A stretch of 64,000 nt of DNA from Mobula hypostoma (GCF_963921235.1 NC_086109.1:3226001-3290000), one strand, 5' to 3'; shown: positions 13,443 through 26,880, counted from the stretch's first letter. Program-made: numbers and translations. The notes: generated by a model from the sequence alone, not told the origin.

Positions 13443-13585
13443 AACACACACAAAGTGCTGCGAGAACTCAGCAAGTCAGCCAGCATCTATGGAAGTGAAT
13501 AAATAGTCACCGTTTCAGGGCAAGACTTTCCTTCAGTTCATTTTCCTCGATGCTGCCTGGCCTGCTGGGTTCCTCCTGCATCTTC
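13443..13585. mobile_element. Short fold-back Penelope pLTR remnant
   Basis: GAACTCAGCAAGTCAGCCAGCATC ... GATGCTGCCTGGCCTGCTGGGTTC inverted pair. Confidence 0.7.
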
Positions 13586-15400
13586 AGAATCAGAATCAGG
13601 TTTATTTTCACCGGCATGTGACGTGAAATTTGTTAACTTAGCAGCAGCAGTTCAATGCAATACATAACATAGAAGAAGAAAAAAAATAATAAATGAAATA
13701 AAATAATTAATAAGTAAATAAATAAATAAACAAATTGGAGTATACATGTATTGAATAGATTAAAAGAACGTGCAAAAAACAGATATACTGTATATTAAAA
13801 AAAGTGAAATAGGGTCAAATGTCTATTAGGAATTGGACAGCAGAGGGGAAGAAGCTGTTCCTGAATCACTGAGTGTGTGCCTTCAGGCTTCTGTATCTCC
13901 TACCTGATGGTAACAGTGAGAAAAGGGCATGTCCTGGGTGCTGGAGGTCCTTAATAATGGTCGCTGCCTTTCTGAGACACCGCTCCCTAAAGATGTCCTG
14001 GGTACTCTGTAGGGTAGTAGCCAAGATAGAGCTGACTAAATTTACAACCCTCTGCAGCTTCTTTTGGTCCTGTACAGTAGCCCCCCACCCCCACCAATAC
14101 CAGACAGTGATGCTGCCCATCAGAATGCTCTATAGAAGTTTTTGAGTGTATTATTGACTTGCCAAATCTCTTCAAACTCCTGATAAAGTATAGCCGCTGT
14201 CTTGCCTTCTTTATGACTGCATCAATATGTTGGGACCAGGTTAAATCCTCAGAGATCTTGACACCCAGGAACTTGAAGCTACTCACTCTCTCCACTTCTG
14301 ATCCCTCTATAAGGATTGGTATGTGTTCCTTTGTCTTACTCTTCTGAAAGTCCACAATCAGCTCTTTCATCTTACTAATGTTGAGTGCCAGGTTGATGCT
14401 GTGGCACCATTCCACTAATTGACATATCTCACTCCTCTACGCCCTCTCATCACCACCTGAGATTCTACCAACAATGGATGTATCGTCACAAATTTATAGA
14501 CGGTATTTGAGCAGTTGGCTAAGCACACACACCTGAGGTGCGCCAGTGTTGATCGTCAGCAAGGAGGATATGTTATCACCAATCCGCACAGGTTGTGGTC
14601 TTCCTGTTAGGAAGCTGAGGATCCAATTGCAGAGGGAGGTACAGAGGCCCAGGTTCTGCAACTTCTCAATCAGGATTTTGGGAATGATGGTATTAAATGC
14701 TGAACTATAGTTGATGAACAGCATCCTGACATAAGTGTTTGTGTTGTCTAGGTGGCCTAAAGCCATGTGGAGAGCCATTGAGATTGCGTCTGCCATTGTG
14801 GCAATGGGAAAATTGCAATGGGTCCAGGTCCTTGCTGAGATAGGAGTTCAGTCTAGTCATGACCAACCTCTCAAAGCATTTCATCACTGTCGATGTGAGT
14901 GCTACCGGGTGATAGTCGTTAAGGCAGCCCACGTTATTCTTCTTAGGCACTGGGGTGATTGTGCCTTTTTGAAGCAAGTGGGAACTTCTGCCCATAGCAG
15001 TGAGAGGTTGAAAATGTCCTTGAATGCTCCGGCTAGTTGGTTGGCATAGGTTTTCAGAGCCTTACCAGGTACTCCATCGGGACCTTCCACTTTGCAAGGG
15101 TTCACTCTCTTTAAAGACAGTCTAACATCGGCCTCTGAGACAGAGATCACAGGGTCATCAGGTGCAGCAGGGATCTTCACAGCTGTAGTTGTGTTCTCCA
15201 TTTCAAAGCATGCATAGAAGGTGTTGAGTTCATCTGGTAGTGAAGCATCACTGCCATTCATACTATTGGGTTTCACTTTGTAGGCAGTAATGTCTTGCAA
15301 ACTCTGCCAGAGTTGCCATGCATCCAATGACACCTCCAACCTAGTTAGAAATTGTCTCTTCGCCCTTGAAATAGCCCTCCGCAAATCATACCTGGTTTGT
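13586..15400 (-). mobile_element. Rex1/Babar-like LINE (RT and 3' end), 5'-truncated
   Basis: [56 protein letters not shown]; (TGATTC)n tail. Confidence 0.9.
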
Positions 15401-15499
15401 GTATGTTGGTCTGAATTTCCTGCTTCTGCAGAATTTCTTATCCTTAGGAAGCATCCCATTTTCTTTCTTTACAACCCATCAGCCTGTGCTGCTACTTTC

Positions 15500-16650
15500 T
15501 GTTAGCTATGAACTTGGACTCCAAGATCGTTCTGCCCATTAACACTATGAAAGATTCTGCCATTTACTATGTACTGTCCATTTACATTTGATCTACCAAA
15601 GTGCAACACTTCACACTTGCCCAGATTAAACTGCATCTGCCATTTCTCCGCCCATACTTGCACTGATCCATGTCTCACTATATCCTTTGTCAGTCTTCTA
15701 CACTATCATAACACTTCTAATCTTTATATTATCTGCAAAGTTACTAACCCATTCATCCATGTTGCCTCCCAAGTCATTTCTAAATATAACGAATAGCACA
15801 GGGCACAGTACAGATCCCTGTGGAACACCACCAGTCACAGACCTCAAAGCTCAAATTAAATTTATTATCGAAGTATATATGTCTCCACATTACACCCTGA
15901 GGTTCATTTTCTTGTGGGGATCCTCAATAAATCGAATAACCATAAAAGAACCAATGAAAAACTATACCAACTTGGGTGTCCAAGCGGTGTGCAAGATACA
16001 ATAAACTGTGCAAATACAAAAATAAATAATAATAATAAATAAACAAGCAATAAATATCAAGAACATCAGATGAAGACCCCTACAAAGGAGCCCAGAGGTT
16101 GTGAGAATATTTAAATTATAGGCAAGTGAAGTTGAGTGAAGTTAACCCCTTTGGTTTAAGATCCTGATGGCTGAGGGGTAATAACTGTTCCTGAATCTGA
16201 TGCACAAGTCCTGAGGCTCCTGTAACCTCCTCCTAATGGCAGCAGAGAAAAGGTAGCCAGCCAGAATCAGTCCCATCACTCAGAACCACCCATCTGTCAG
16301 AACCTCCACTCCTGTTTTCTATGGGCAGGCCAATTCTGAATCGAAGTGACCAAGTCATCAAGGGTCCCATGCTTCTTAATCTTTCGGATGAGTGCTCATG
16401 CCAGAACTTGATAAATGTCTTTTCTCAAATCCATGTAAACTACAGCTCCACCTTTATCTAAGACCTTCGTCACTTGCGTGAAAAAGTCAATCAAGTTACG
16501 AAGACAAGACTTGCCCCAAACAAAGTCATACTGACTGACCCTAAATTAGGCCATGGTTTTCTAACTGCTCATAAATCCTGTCCCTAAGATTCCCCTCCAA
16601 CTGCTCGTTTACCACTGCTGTGAGACTGACTGGTCTATAGTTCCCAGAAC
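15500..16650 (-). mobile_element. Old CR1 RT fragment interrupted by a Rex-like 3' end (about 15851-16250)
   Basis: Minus strand [12 protein letters not shown] segment near 15800-15835; inserted segment resembles 31163-31500. Confidence 0.6.
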
Positions 16651-16905
16651 ATTGCAGTCAGTAGTTCCAGGAACTGTCCATGACAAACGTCATAGACTCC
16701 AAACCATCCAGAAGAGAAGAAGTTGCCTATTTGTGACATCTGTTAACACGGGATGGTCAAAACACACCAGCTACCACAGAATAAAGTCCTGAACCAGTGT
16801 CACAGGGAACCAGGACAAATGAATATCAGGCTCTCTTCCATGGGTTGACACATGAATGGGCCGACGAGTTGGCACATTATCACTTCAGAAGCTCCCTCTC
16901 TCTCC

Positions 16906-16907
<2 letters not shown>

Positions 16908-16940
<33 letters not shown>
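16908..16940. repeat. (AC)n microsatellite
   Basis: Direct observation. Confidence 0.95.
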
Positions 16941-17097
16941 TAAAGCCAGGTTAAATATTGTCCCAGTTTAAAATCCCAAAATGGATGAGTGCCAAATATC
17001 CAAACAATTTGATTTCTGGCATAGGATTCATGAGTTTCAAAGGTTCTGGTCCATGGGATTGAAGCTGCCTTCATCTTCCTTTGTCTATAAAATTTAT

Positions 17098-17470
17098 TAG
17101 ATGGCAGGGTGGAGATATATCTCTACCAAAGGAGCTGTAAAGTGCTCCTTCCCTCTGCTAGCCTGCAGGTCGCCCTTGGGCAAGGTGTAGCACCTGCTTA
17201 GCCCCCGATCAGGGTCATGTGAAGCCATGGCAGCAGGTGGTGGATGGTCGTATGAACAGCTGGTGCATATCACAAGTCCTGGTTATGCCACCACTGATGC
17301 CAGGCAGACAACCCCTGAAGAGTATTAATAATTGCTGGGTCATCCATGTTGTAAAGACATGGATTGCCCAGAAGAAGGCAATGGCAAACCACTTCTGTAG
17401 AAAAGTTTGTCAAGAATAATCATGGTCATGGAAAGACCATGATCACCCACATCATATGACACAGCACATA
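17098..17470 (+). mobile_element. Interspersed short element with RTE/BovB-like 3' end (copy 1)
   Basis: Second copy at about 52790-53165; GAAGGCAATGGCAAACCACTTC resembles RTE-BovB 3' tails. Confidence 0.7.
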
Positions 17471-18894
17471 ACAAACAAAGGAAGAAAATTTATCAAGACA
17501 ATGCAGTTTCGTAAGTATACGTTTCCCTTTAAGGCATCTATTGTATGAATTTTAATTTCAAACTGATTTGGATTGCTCTGGTCCATTTGAAATTCCTGCA
17601 TCCCAGGGAAATGTATCCAGCATGGCAGATCTGAATGCCTGCAGGCATGAGCACAACATTCTTGTCTCATCTGTCTGGAAGCAGGGATTCTCATCCTTAA
17701 CATTTGATATCATTACCCCAGCTCCGAGTAGGCCAGAAGCAAGATCAAGAGCTGCTGCCATGCTCACGGTAAGATATGGCTCCCTTTCTAGGGTTTGACA
17801 TGTATTAAGCAAAATGTGCATGGTTTGCAAGTGATGCAGTTATAATGGGAATAATTTTCTTTCCAACATTAGTACAAGAAGGCACAAGATTCACTGTAGA
17901 AGTAGGATATTAATCGACCATGGCAGCAGCTTCCTTCACAGTGTGGCATGGTACCAACACTTCAATTCCAATGTCTCAGTTGCTAATAATGTCTCTTCAC
18001 AGACTCCACTAGGCACCAACTGAAATCAAATGTTGTAATTCCCCAACCAGAATATGGAACATTTGGCATCTAGTTTACTAGCCTAGCAATCGAGCAAAGG
18101 ATATAGGTAACTGACCCTTGCTGAAATTATCTTCCAAGGACAGGACCCATTCCTGCAACTGACAGTCACATCAACAATGCCAGCTTTAGTTTCATTTATC
18201 AATCTTCCAGTTAACAGTAAGTGATCATCAAGATCAACACTTGCTTCTGTTTATTCAGCATGTTGATCTAAATATCAGCAGCAATTTGTTGGCTGAAGGA
18301 ATTTGAATTGGATAGCAAAGCTTTTCTTTTTTTAAAGAGAGAGAGGAAAAATGTGAAGGGGAGAGAGGGAAAGAGAAAGAGAGAGAGGGGAGAGAGAGGG
18401 GGAGAGAGAGAGATATGAGCCCTGCAAGTCTGTGTGGCAAGCCATTGAACGTTGGACTCTGAGGTTTCTAGAATATCTGTATTTGTTAATTATTGGTTTA
18501 ACTATAGTCATTAAGCCCTTATGCTTTCTCTTTAATCATGCCAAGTTTCTTGGCATGGGTTTTCCGCGTACTGTGATTATTTAAAGCAGACTCCTGATTA
18601 GCGCTTCTTACGGGATCCTTGTGTTGAGAATGACTCATCTCACAATGTTGCTCAGTCGAGCCACCGGTGTTCTGTATGTAAAAGCTCTTGTTTCCGTCTC
18701 TACACGGGAGTCTGTCATTCCTCTGCACAAGGGTTCAGTCACTTGCTAACAGGCTGCGTGACAGAGAACGAGGGAATGAGAGGGTGCACAATGGAAGAGA
18801 CAAAGGCGCCCAAACCTGTCTGCGAATGGAAACAGGGCAGCGTTACTCTGTGTTGAAGTGAAATGGCAGTAAACCGGAGAAAATAAAAGTAAAG

Positions 18895-19575
18895 ATTAGA
18901 TTAGATTAGATTATGAGGACACGCAGTCCTCTTTTATCGTCATTTAGTAATGCATGCATTAAGAAATGATACAATGTTCCTCCGGTGTGATATCACAGAA
19001 ACACAAGACAGACCAAGACTGAAAAACTGACAAAAACCACATAATTATAACATATAGTTACAACAGTGCAAGCAATACTGTAACTTGATGAAGAACAGGC
19101 CATGGGCACAGTAAAAAAAGTTCAAAGTCTCTCAAAAGTCCCATGATCTCATACAGATGGGAGAAGGAAGAAAAACTCTCCCTGCCATGAGCTTCCAGCG
19201 TCGCAAACTTGCCGATGCAGCATCCTGGAAGCACCCAACCACAGTCCGACTCTGAGTCGTCCGAAAACTTCCAGCCTCCGACCAGCCCTCCAACACTGAG
19301 CACCGAGCACCATCTCTGCCAAGCACTTCGACCCCAGCCCCAGCCGCCTGCAACAGGCAAAGCCGAGGAGTTGGGGCCTACCCTCCGGAGATTCTCGATC
19401 GCACAGTAGCAGCGGCAGCGAACCGGGCATTTCAGAAATTTCTCCAGATGTTCCTCTGTGCTTCTCACATCCATCTCCATCAAATCAGGATTGTCCACGG
19501 CCCCCTATTTAACAAATACGATATCATTTCACCGGAGAGACCGCGCGCGCTGCATCGCGCCGCCATCTTCTCCTC
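18895..19575 (-). mobile_element. Non-autonomous retroelement with AAGATGGCGG head and (ATCTA)n tail
   Basis: Minus-strand 5' GGAGGAGAAGATGGCGGCG; the 3' 200 bp and tail recur on + at about 23240-23461; no LINE ORF. Confidence 0.7.
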
Positions 19576-19729
19576 CTGCCATCTTCTTGACTGATGTTAT
19601 TGTACCTAACCTTATGAAATGGAAGATAATTGTATCATTTATCTCTCAAATGAGACCCTGAAGGATGTATTAGAAGCATCATTTACACATTGTCACCTGC
19701 CTAGAAGTGAGGGAGGTAAACTATCACTC

Positions 19730-20349
19730 CGAGGGGTGATTGATAAGTTCGTGGCCTAGGGTAGATGGAGTCAATTTTAGAAAACCTAGCACATTTATTT
19801 TTCAACATAGTCCCCTCCTACATGTACACACTTAGTCCAGCGGTCACGGAGCATACGGATCCCTTCTTTGTAGAAGTGGTCCACAGCAGGGTGATTGATA
19901 AGCTCGTGGCCTAAGGTAGAAGGAGATAAGTTATTAACTTCAAGCTTTCTGCATTATCACTCAAAGAGTTGAACTGTTTATGCATGTAACGAGAGCATCT
20001 TGGACCTCCAGGTGGTCCACAGCAGGGGCGATTGATAAGTTCGTGGCCTAAGGTAGAAGGAGATGCATTATACAGCTCTCGTTACATGCACGTGCAGTTT
20101 AACATAGAAAGTTTGAAGTTTCTCCTCATCTCCTTCTACCTTAGGCCACAAACTTATCAATCACCCCTGCTGTGGACCACTTCTAGAGGTCCGAGACGCA
20201 GACTTCTACAAAGAAGGGATCCGTATGCTCCACGACCGCTGGACTAAGTGTGTAAATGTAGGAGGGGAGTATGTTGAAAAATAAAGGTGCTAGGTTTTCT
20301 AAAATTGACTCCTTCTACCTTAGGCCACGAACTTATCAATCTCCCCTCG
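19730..20349. mobile_element. Mariner-derived palindromic MITE
   Basis: About 150-bp inverted arms CGAGGGGTGATTGATAAGTT / AACTTATCAATCTCCCCTCG followed by TA; 20201-20284 encodes DFYKEGIRMLHDRWTKCVNVGGEYVEK*, a mariner transposase C-terminus. Confidence 0.9.
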
Positions 20350-20634
20350 TATATCCTTGCATGGAATCGGGAACAGGAGGAGTCCCTCACTAATTCTTTC
20401 ACAGATCTGCTGTACGTTGTTTGCAGGTAAGTGCAGTCTGAAGGACTCACCTAACAGAGATGGGTTAATTCCTACAGTTCAGATCTCTCTGAGGGAGTGG
20501 CTACAATATGAGTTGGAGTTAACTCAGGACATGAGCATGGAGATAATCAAAGACTAGGAGTTTCCAAAGCTGGGCTCGAAAAGGAGGATGGCCAACAGTG
20601 GGGAGTACAGTTCAGAATCAGAATCTGGTTTAGT

Positions 20635-21770
20635 CAGGAAGTTATGCTCAGCTTTATAAAACTAATTCAGCTGCATCTGGAGTGTTTCATACGGTTCTGG
20701 TCACCTCATTATAGGCTTTGGAGAGGGTGCAGAAGAGATTTATCAGGATGTTGCCTGGATTAGAAGGTACGTGCTATAACAAGAGGCTGGACAAACTTGG
20801 GTTATTTTCTCTGCAACAGTGGATGCCGAGGAGACATCTGAACGAACATGAGAGGCATAGATAGAGTAGACAGACAGTATCTTTTTCCCAGGTTTGAAAT
20901 GTCCAGTGACAGAGGGCGTGCACTTAAGGTGAGAGGGAGTAATTTCAAAGGAGATGTGATGGACAAGTTTTTTTTTAACAGAGAGTTTTGGGTGCCTGGA
21001 ATGTGCTGCCTGGGATGATGGTAGAGGCAGAAACATTAGGCTCATGAATGTGAGGAAAATGGAAGGAAATGGATTATGTTTATCAGAAGAGATTGGTTTA
21101 GTTGGCAATTTGAATACTATTTTCAGTGGGCTGCCACAACATTGTGGGCCGAAGGGCCTGTTCCTGGGTGTGTAATGTTCTATGATTCTGATTTTGCTTC
21201 TGAAAGAATATGGAATACTTGCCTTCATTAGCACTATAAAACTTCAGTGAAGCCACCACTGGACTGTGCTGTGCGTTTCTGGACCCCTCCTACAGGGAGA
21301 ATGTGAAACACAGAGTGAGGTGCTAAGGAAGTTGGCCAGGGATGTTTCCTGCGATGGAATGTTTCAGTGATGAGGAGAGACTGAGGAGGCTGGTCTTGGT
21401 TCTCCTGCCCCATAGGAGGCTTAGTGGAGACCTGATGGGTGGACAAAGTGACAAGTTGGATTGTGAGCAATTTCTCCCCATTTAAATGCCAGATGATGAG
21501 GATTTAAGGTGAGGAGTAAGAAGGTCAAATGGGATCTAAGGGAGCTTTTTTTCAACCTCTCTGAAATGCTGTGCCTGGAAAGGTAGTGGAGATGGAAACT
21601 CATGCAACACGTGATAAGTACCTGGCTGAGCCCTGGAATTGCCAAGGTTCAGAGATCTATGGACCATATGATGATAGCTGGGTTTGATTTAGATAGGTCG
21701 ATGATGGCCAGCAGGCCAATGATGGGCCAAAAGGCCTGTTCCTGCAATCTATGGCTATATTATTCTAACT
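20635..21770 (+). mobile_element. Two tandem decayed CR1 3' ends
   Basis: LERVQKRF-like segments and GGGCCGAAGGGCCTGTT tails near 21146 and 21724. Confidence 0.7.
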
Positions 21771-22599
21771 ACAGCTCTATTCACAATGAAGAGAGCACTG
21801 AAAGTCCATGAATTAGTGAGATGAGATTCATCTATGTGCCTGATGTCAATGAGGCCATTTCTGCCAAAGGAAGTCCCACTTGAAGATGTCTTGACACCAG
21901 GTTGTTGGTCAGGCCCACCCAGTGACCTTTGAACTTGACTTGAGAACTTCAAGGTCAAGGAGGGATGTGCCACTGACATACTGTAAGATTACACCCCCAC
22001 AGTGTCCCAGAACCTAGAGAAATATAAAGTAGAAAGTCAGAAAACTATCTCATCTGTACTTGGAGGAAGGTACAGGCAAGCAGATGGGTTTGATGAAGGA
22101 ATATCATGACAGGAGCATGTGATGCAAAATATGCAAAGACTTCAGCTGTGTAATTCATTAACAAATAAGCAGATGTTTTCATGAACCAAGGAAATTGGCA
22201 ATGTCAAAACGTGTAGGAACGGAAGTGAAGCATCCGAAGACGGGCACTCTGCGGGCTGCAGCAGAAGCAGCAAAGACCTGCTGAGGTCAAAGGTTGGAGA
22301 CACAGTGAGAAACCAAACATGGCACAAGATTGTGACTCACATATCAAGGGAGGTCACTTCTCTGGAACTCTGGTCTTCCCTTTACCGTAGTGGGCTGAGC
22401 TCTTGACCATATCTCATCCATGTCCTGCATCTCTGCTCTTCCCTTCTCCTGGACAGAGCAACATCAGATATCCCTTTTAAGTCTGCAGATGACACAAAAA
22501 TTGATAGTGAAAACTGAGCTACTGACACAACAAAGGAAGTCCTGAACACCGCCAACGATGCCCTAGTCGCCAGCTGCATAACTGGCAGTAGGTTATAGA

Positions 22600-23240
22600 C
22601 ACTTAAGGGGTGAATGGTGCCTGTCTTTTTCCCCAGGGTAGGGGAGTTGAAAATTAGAGCACATGTCATAGAGTCACACAGTGCAGAAACCAGCCCTTCA
22701 GCCCAACTGAGCCATGACGACCTCAACATCCTCCCTGCTAGTCCCAGTTGCCTGCATTCAGTTAATTACCTTCCAAAACTCTCCCCTACCTCTATGTACC
22801 TACTGAGGGGTCCATGGACCCCATGTGTTTCAGATATACACAGCTCAGCAACTGCATCTGGCAGCTCATTCCAGCTCTACAGTTGCCCTCTGCATAAAGA
22901 AGTCTCCCCTCCTATCTTGGTTTAAAGGCTGGTGTGGGGTGAGAGGGAAATGATTTAAAATGGACTTGAGATGCAGGTTTTTCAGGTGTACATGGAATGA
23001 GGTGCCCGGGAAAATGGCAGAAGGAGGTACATTTAAAAGACATTTGGACAGATTCATGGTGGTGCTGGAAGCGGGTACAGTAATGATTTAAAACGGACAG
23101 TACAATAGCGACTGGAGGGATATGGATCATGTGTAGGCAGAAGAGATTTATTTTAATTCAGCATCATGTTCAGCATGGATACGAGGGGCTGGAGGGCCTG
23201 TTCCTATTCTATATTGTCCTATGGTCTATGTTCTATGTTA
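22600..23240. mobile_element. Nested CR1 3' fragments on both strands
   Basis: CR1-type tails (TTCTATG) and similarity to other copies. Confidence 0.6.
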
Positions 23241-23461
23241 AAGAAAAGTTCTTATCAATTTACGGTGTTGCTTTGCACTGTTGTAACTATATGTTATAAT
23301 TATGTGGGTTTTTGTCAGTTTTTCAGTCTGGTTTGTCTTGTGTTTCTGTGATATCATTCTGGAAGAACATTATAACATTTCTTAATACATGCATTTCTAA
23401 ATGACAATAAAAGAGGACTGTGTGTCCTCATAATCTAATCTAATCATAATCTAATCTAATT
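23240..23461 (+). mobile_element. 3' end of the (ATCTA)n-tailed element
   Basis: Reverse complement of about 18895-19120. Confidence 0.8.
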
Positions 23462-23862
23462 TCATAGGAACACAAAGCCTCATTATGCAGGGTCACCTGT
23501 ATAGATGACAAACAACAGAGGATCCCCTTCATCAGAAACATGTTCATAGTTCTAGAAAGCAGCTTCACCACTATCTTCTCAAGAGCAATCAGGAGTGGGC
23601 AACAAATGTAGGCATTGTCAGCAATGATCAGCCAGGACTACTTCCTCAGTACAGATATCTCAGGGGATTGTAAGACCCACAGTGACTGGACTCTTACTTC
23701 AGATGGTTGTGTCTTTTCTTTTTGAATGTTTCATATTAAAAGGATGCACTACCTTTCTGACCAGATTCCACATCTGCTACTTTTTGTTGTCCGCACCCAT
23801 CTTCACCCAGTGTCTGTCACTAGTTCCACCCTTCTCTCCTCACCTGGATCTACTTATCTCAA

Positions 23863-24240
23863 TAGATAATAGACAATAGACAATAGGTGCAGGAGTAGGC
23901 CATTCAGCCCTTCGAGCCAGCACTGCCATTCACTGTGATCATGGCTGATCATCCACAATCAGTATCCAGTTCCTGCCTTATCCCCATAACCTTTGATTCC
24001 GCTATCTTTAAGAGCTCTATCCATCTCTTTCTTGAAAGCATCCAGAGACTTGGCCTCCACTGCCTTCTGGGGCAGAGCATTCCGCATATCCACCACTCTC
24101 TGGGTGAAAAAGTTTTTCCTCAGCTCCGTTTTAAATGGCCTACCCCTTATTCTTAAATTGTGGCCTCTGGTTCTGGACTCACCCATCAGTGGGAATATGC
24201 TTCCTGCCTCCAGCGTGTCCAATCCCTTAATAATCTTAAT
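23863..24240 (-). mobile_element. CR1 3' end
   Basis: ORF 23959-24252 KIIKGLD...SRTRGHNL...FFTQRVV; (CTATTGT)n tail. Confidence 0.88.
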
Positions 24241-24494
24241 CTCATGCAACAAGTTGCCAGGGAGGTGGGGGATTCATGTCCAATTGCAACATTTAAGAGA
24301 AGTTGGCATGGGTACATTGATGAGAGGAGTATGGAGTCTATGGTCCAGGTGTAGGTAGATAGAACTAGGCAAAAAAAACAGGCTGGCACAGAATAGATGG
24401 GCCAAAGGCCCTGTTTCTATGCTGTAGTATTCTATGGTCCTATCACCTGCCATTTCTTTTTCCACCTACAGGATGATGCCAGGTCTTGAAGACT

Positions 24495-24972
24495 TGAGTT
24501 GTGTGCTGGGGCAGCAGGCTGAGGGTAGCACACTCCAACAGAATCAACAAACTCATTCATAAGGCCAGTGATGTTGTGGGGATGGAACTGGACTCTCTGA
24601 TGGTGGTGTCTGAAAAGAGGATGCTGTCCAAGTTGCATGCCATCTTGGACAATGTCGCCCATCCACTACATAATGTACTGGGTGGGCACAGGAGTACATT
24701 CAGCCAGAGACTCATTCCACCAAGATGCAACACAGAGCGTCATAGGAAGTCATTCCTGCCTGTGGCCATCAAACTTTACAACTCTTCCCTTGGAGGGTCA
24801 GACACCCTGAGCCAATAGGCTGGTCCTGAACTTATTTCCTGACATAATTTACATATCACTATTTAACTATTTATGGTTTTATTACTATTTAATTATTTAT
24901 GGTGCAACTGTAATGAAAACCAATTTCCCCTGGGATCAATAAAGTATGAGTATGACTATGACTATGACTATG
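24495..24972 (+). mobile_element. Rex1-like LINE 3' end with (TATGAC)n tail
   Basis: ORF 24501-24818 (HPLH...TERHRKSFLPVAIKLYN); near-identical copy at 33937-34199. Confidence 0.85.
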
Positions 24973-25392
24973 TTATAGGGAAAGGTTGAATTGGTTAGGA
25001 CTTTATTCACTACAGCATAGGAGAACGAGAGGAGATTTGATAGAGGTATGCAAAATTATGAGGGATAGGGATACGGTAAATGTACGCGGACTTTGTTCAC
25101 TGAGCTGGGATGAACTAGAAGTCATGGGTTAAGAGTGAGGGGTAAAATGTTTAAGGGGAAACTTCTTCACTCAGAGGACAGTGAGAGTGTGGAATGAGCT
25201 GCCAGCAGAAATGGTAGACGTGGGTTCTCTTTCAGCATTTAAGAGAAATTTGGATAGGTACATGTATGAAAGGGGTAAGGAGGGCCATGGTCCGGGTGCA
25301 GGTCAGTGGGACTAGGCAGATTAACAGTTCAGCATGAATTAGATAGACCGAAGGGCCTGTTTCTGTGCTGTAGTGTTCTATGACTCTATGAT
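24973..25392 (+). mobile_element. CR1 3' end
   Basis: High similarity to 10724-11117. Confidence 0.85.
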
Positions 25393-25659
25393 TCCCTTCT
25401 CACATCGGTACCTCCCAGTCCAGACGAAGGGTCTCAATGTGAAATGCCAAGTGTACATCTCCCTCCACAGATGCTGCCTGACCCACTGAGTTCTTCCTCC
25501 AGCTCTTTGCTTGTCAATGCAAAACATGTGGTGTGTATAATTCTGGTTGGTACCACTTTAAGAATTATATCAAGTGCTCTCTGTGCGGTTACTGCATTGG
25601 GAACTTACCAGGAGTCTGTCTGTCGCTGTGGAGAAGGTCAAATGTGGGAGTGTCATCCA

Positions 25660-26880
25660 TCACTGTCAGCTTTAATTTAATGAGCTTCCTTTGTTATTAG
25701 TTTGAATTACTAACCATTTTCTCATATCTTAATCATACTTACTGAGACAGCTGAGGTTTACAGGTTTACATTTCAAGCTTGTGTTCCGACAAATAAAGAT
25801 TACTTTGGCCCTCTTTAATGAGGAAAATTTGACAGGTGTGACAGAGTCCCCGAAGAGCAAAGCGGCCACCAATACAAAGCAAGAGGGGAGTTTTAATAAA
25901 AGGTCATTGATTGGAGACATGTGTATTTCTCTCCAGGTGAACATATTCAGACTAGACATCTCAGAATTGAAAGGGTTAATGCATTTTAACTCAGTAGTTT
26001 GCTTTTCTCCACCACAGTGATGATTACATGGTGGGAGGTTGCAGCAAAAACAATTGGTGAGGAATTAATTGATAACTATTTAAGTACAACAATTTTTCAA
26101 ACAGTGACTTGAAAAACTCATAATTGTGTTATATAAGACTTTCTTTTAAACACAAGTTTAAGGTTTATCTTACGAGACTATTTTTGGGTGTTAATCAAAG
26201 AACCACTCAGTTCCACCCATGTAAATGCCACAAAGCCGCTCACTACTAATGCATCTCATCTCTAGGTATTAAAAATGGCAAGTTTAAATAATCTTGGCTA
26301 ATGCATCACTGATTAACATGCAGCCAGTCTGAATATAAGATTATCTTTTAGCTAAATGCGCAGAGTCACCATTTAATTCTGCCAAAAAATTGTTTTTAAA
26401 TGGCCATTAAATTGAAAATCAGCCATTGTTATTTATAATGGGCTTCTGCTGAGGGCTCTAAAGTGTGTCATTGAGTCAGACTTGAATCTAAATTAAGAGA
26501 GCATCTGTCTGTAAGGACCCCCACGAAGCCGATACCAAAGAAGATTATTGCTAGTGGAGCTTGTTGTAATTCTAGAAGTACATTTAGTACAATCTATAGG
26601 AGAAGGTCTTGCCTCGAGTAATTAGTTAGTTTCTATACAATCGGATTAATGAAATGATAAATGCACTACTTACCTAAACTTATGTGACCATAAAATCGCT
26701 ATCCATCTGTCCTCACAATAGGGGAAATCATTTTATCCAGGTCTTAAAATATCCTGTCAGGGCTGATCAATTAACACTGCCATATACATATGAAAAATAT
26801 TTCTGCAAAGTGCCTTAAACAGGATATCAACTCCACCATTGAAATGATTCATTCAGCAATACAGAGTCTTTCAAAGCTTT
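25660..26880. promoter_or_regulatory. Candidate conserved non-coding element / enhancer cluster
   Basis: Repeat-free, AT-rich, dense in TAAT/ATTA, TGATAAAT and CATAAAA motifs; conservation not tested. Confidence 0.4.

Noticed and set aside
17558..17830. ORFs in unique DNA here and at 39822-40046 as host exons
   Set aside because: No recognisable protein family and no convincing paired splice sites
26668..26760. Possible minus-strand exon ending at AG|GTAAGT
   Set aside because: Stops in all three frames and a weak acceptor; cannot be supported without RNA data
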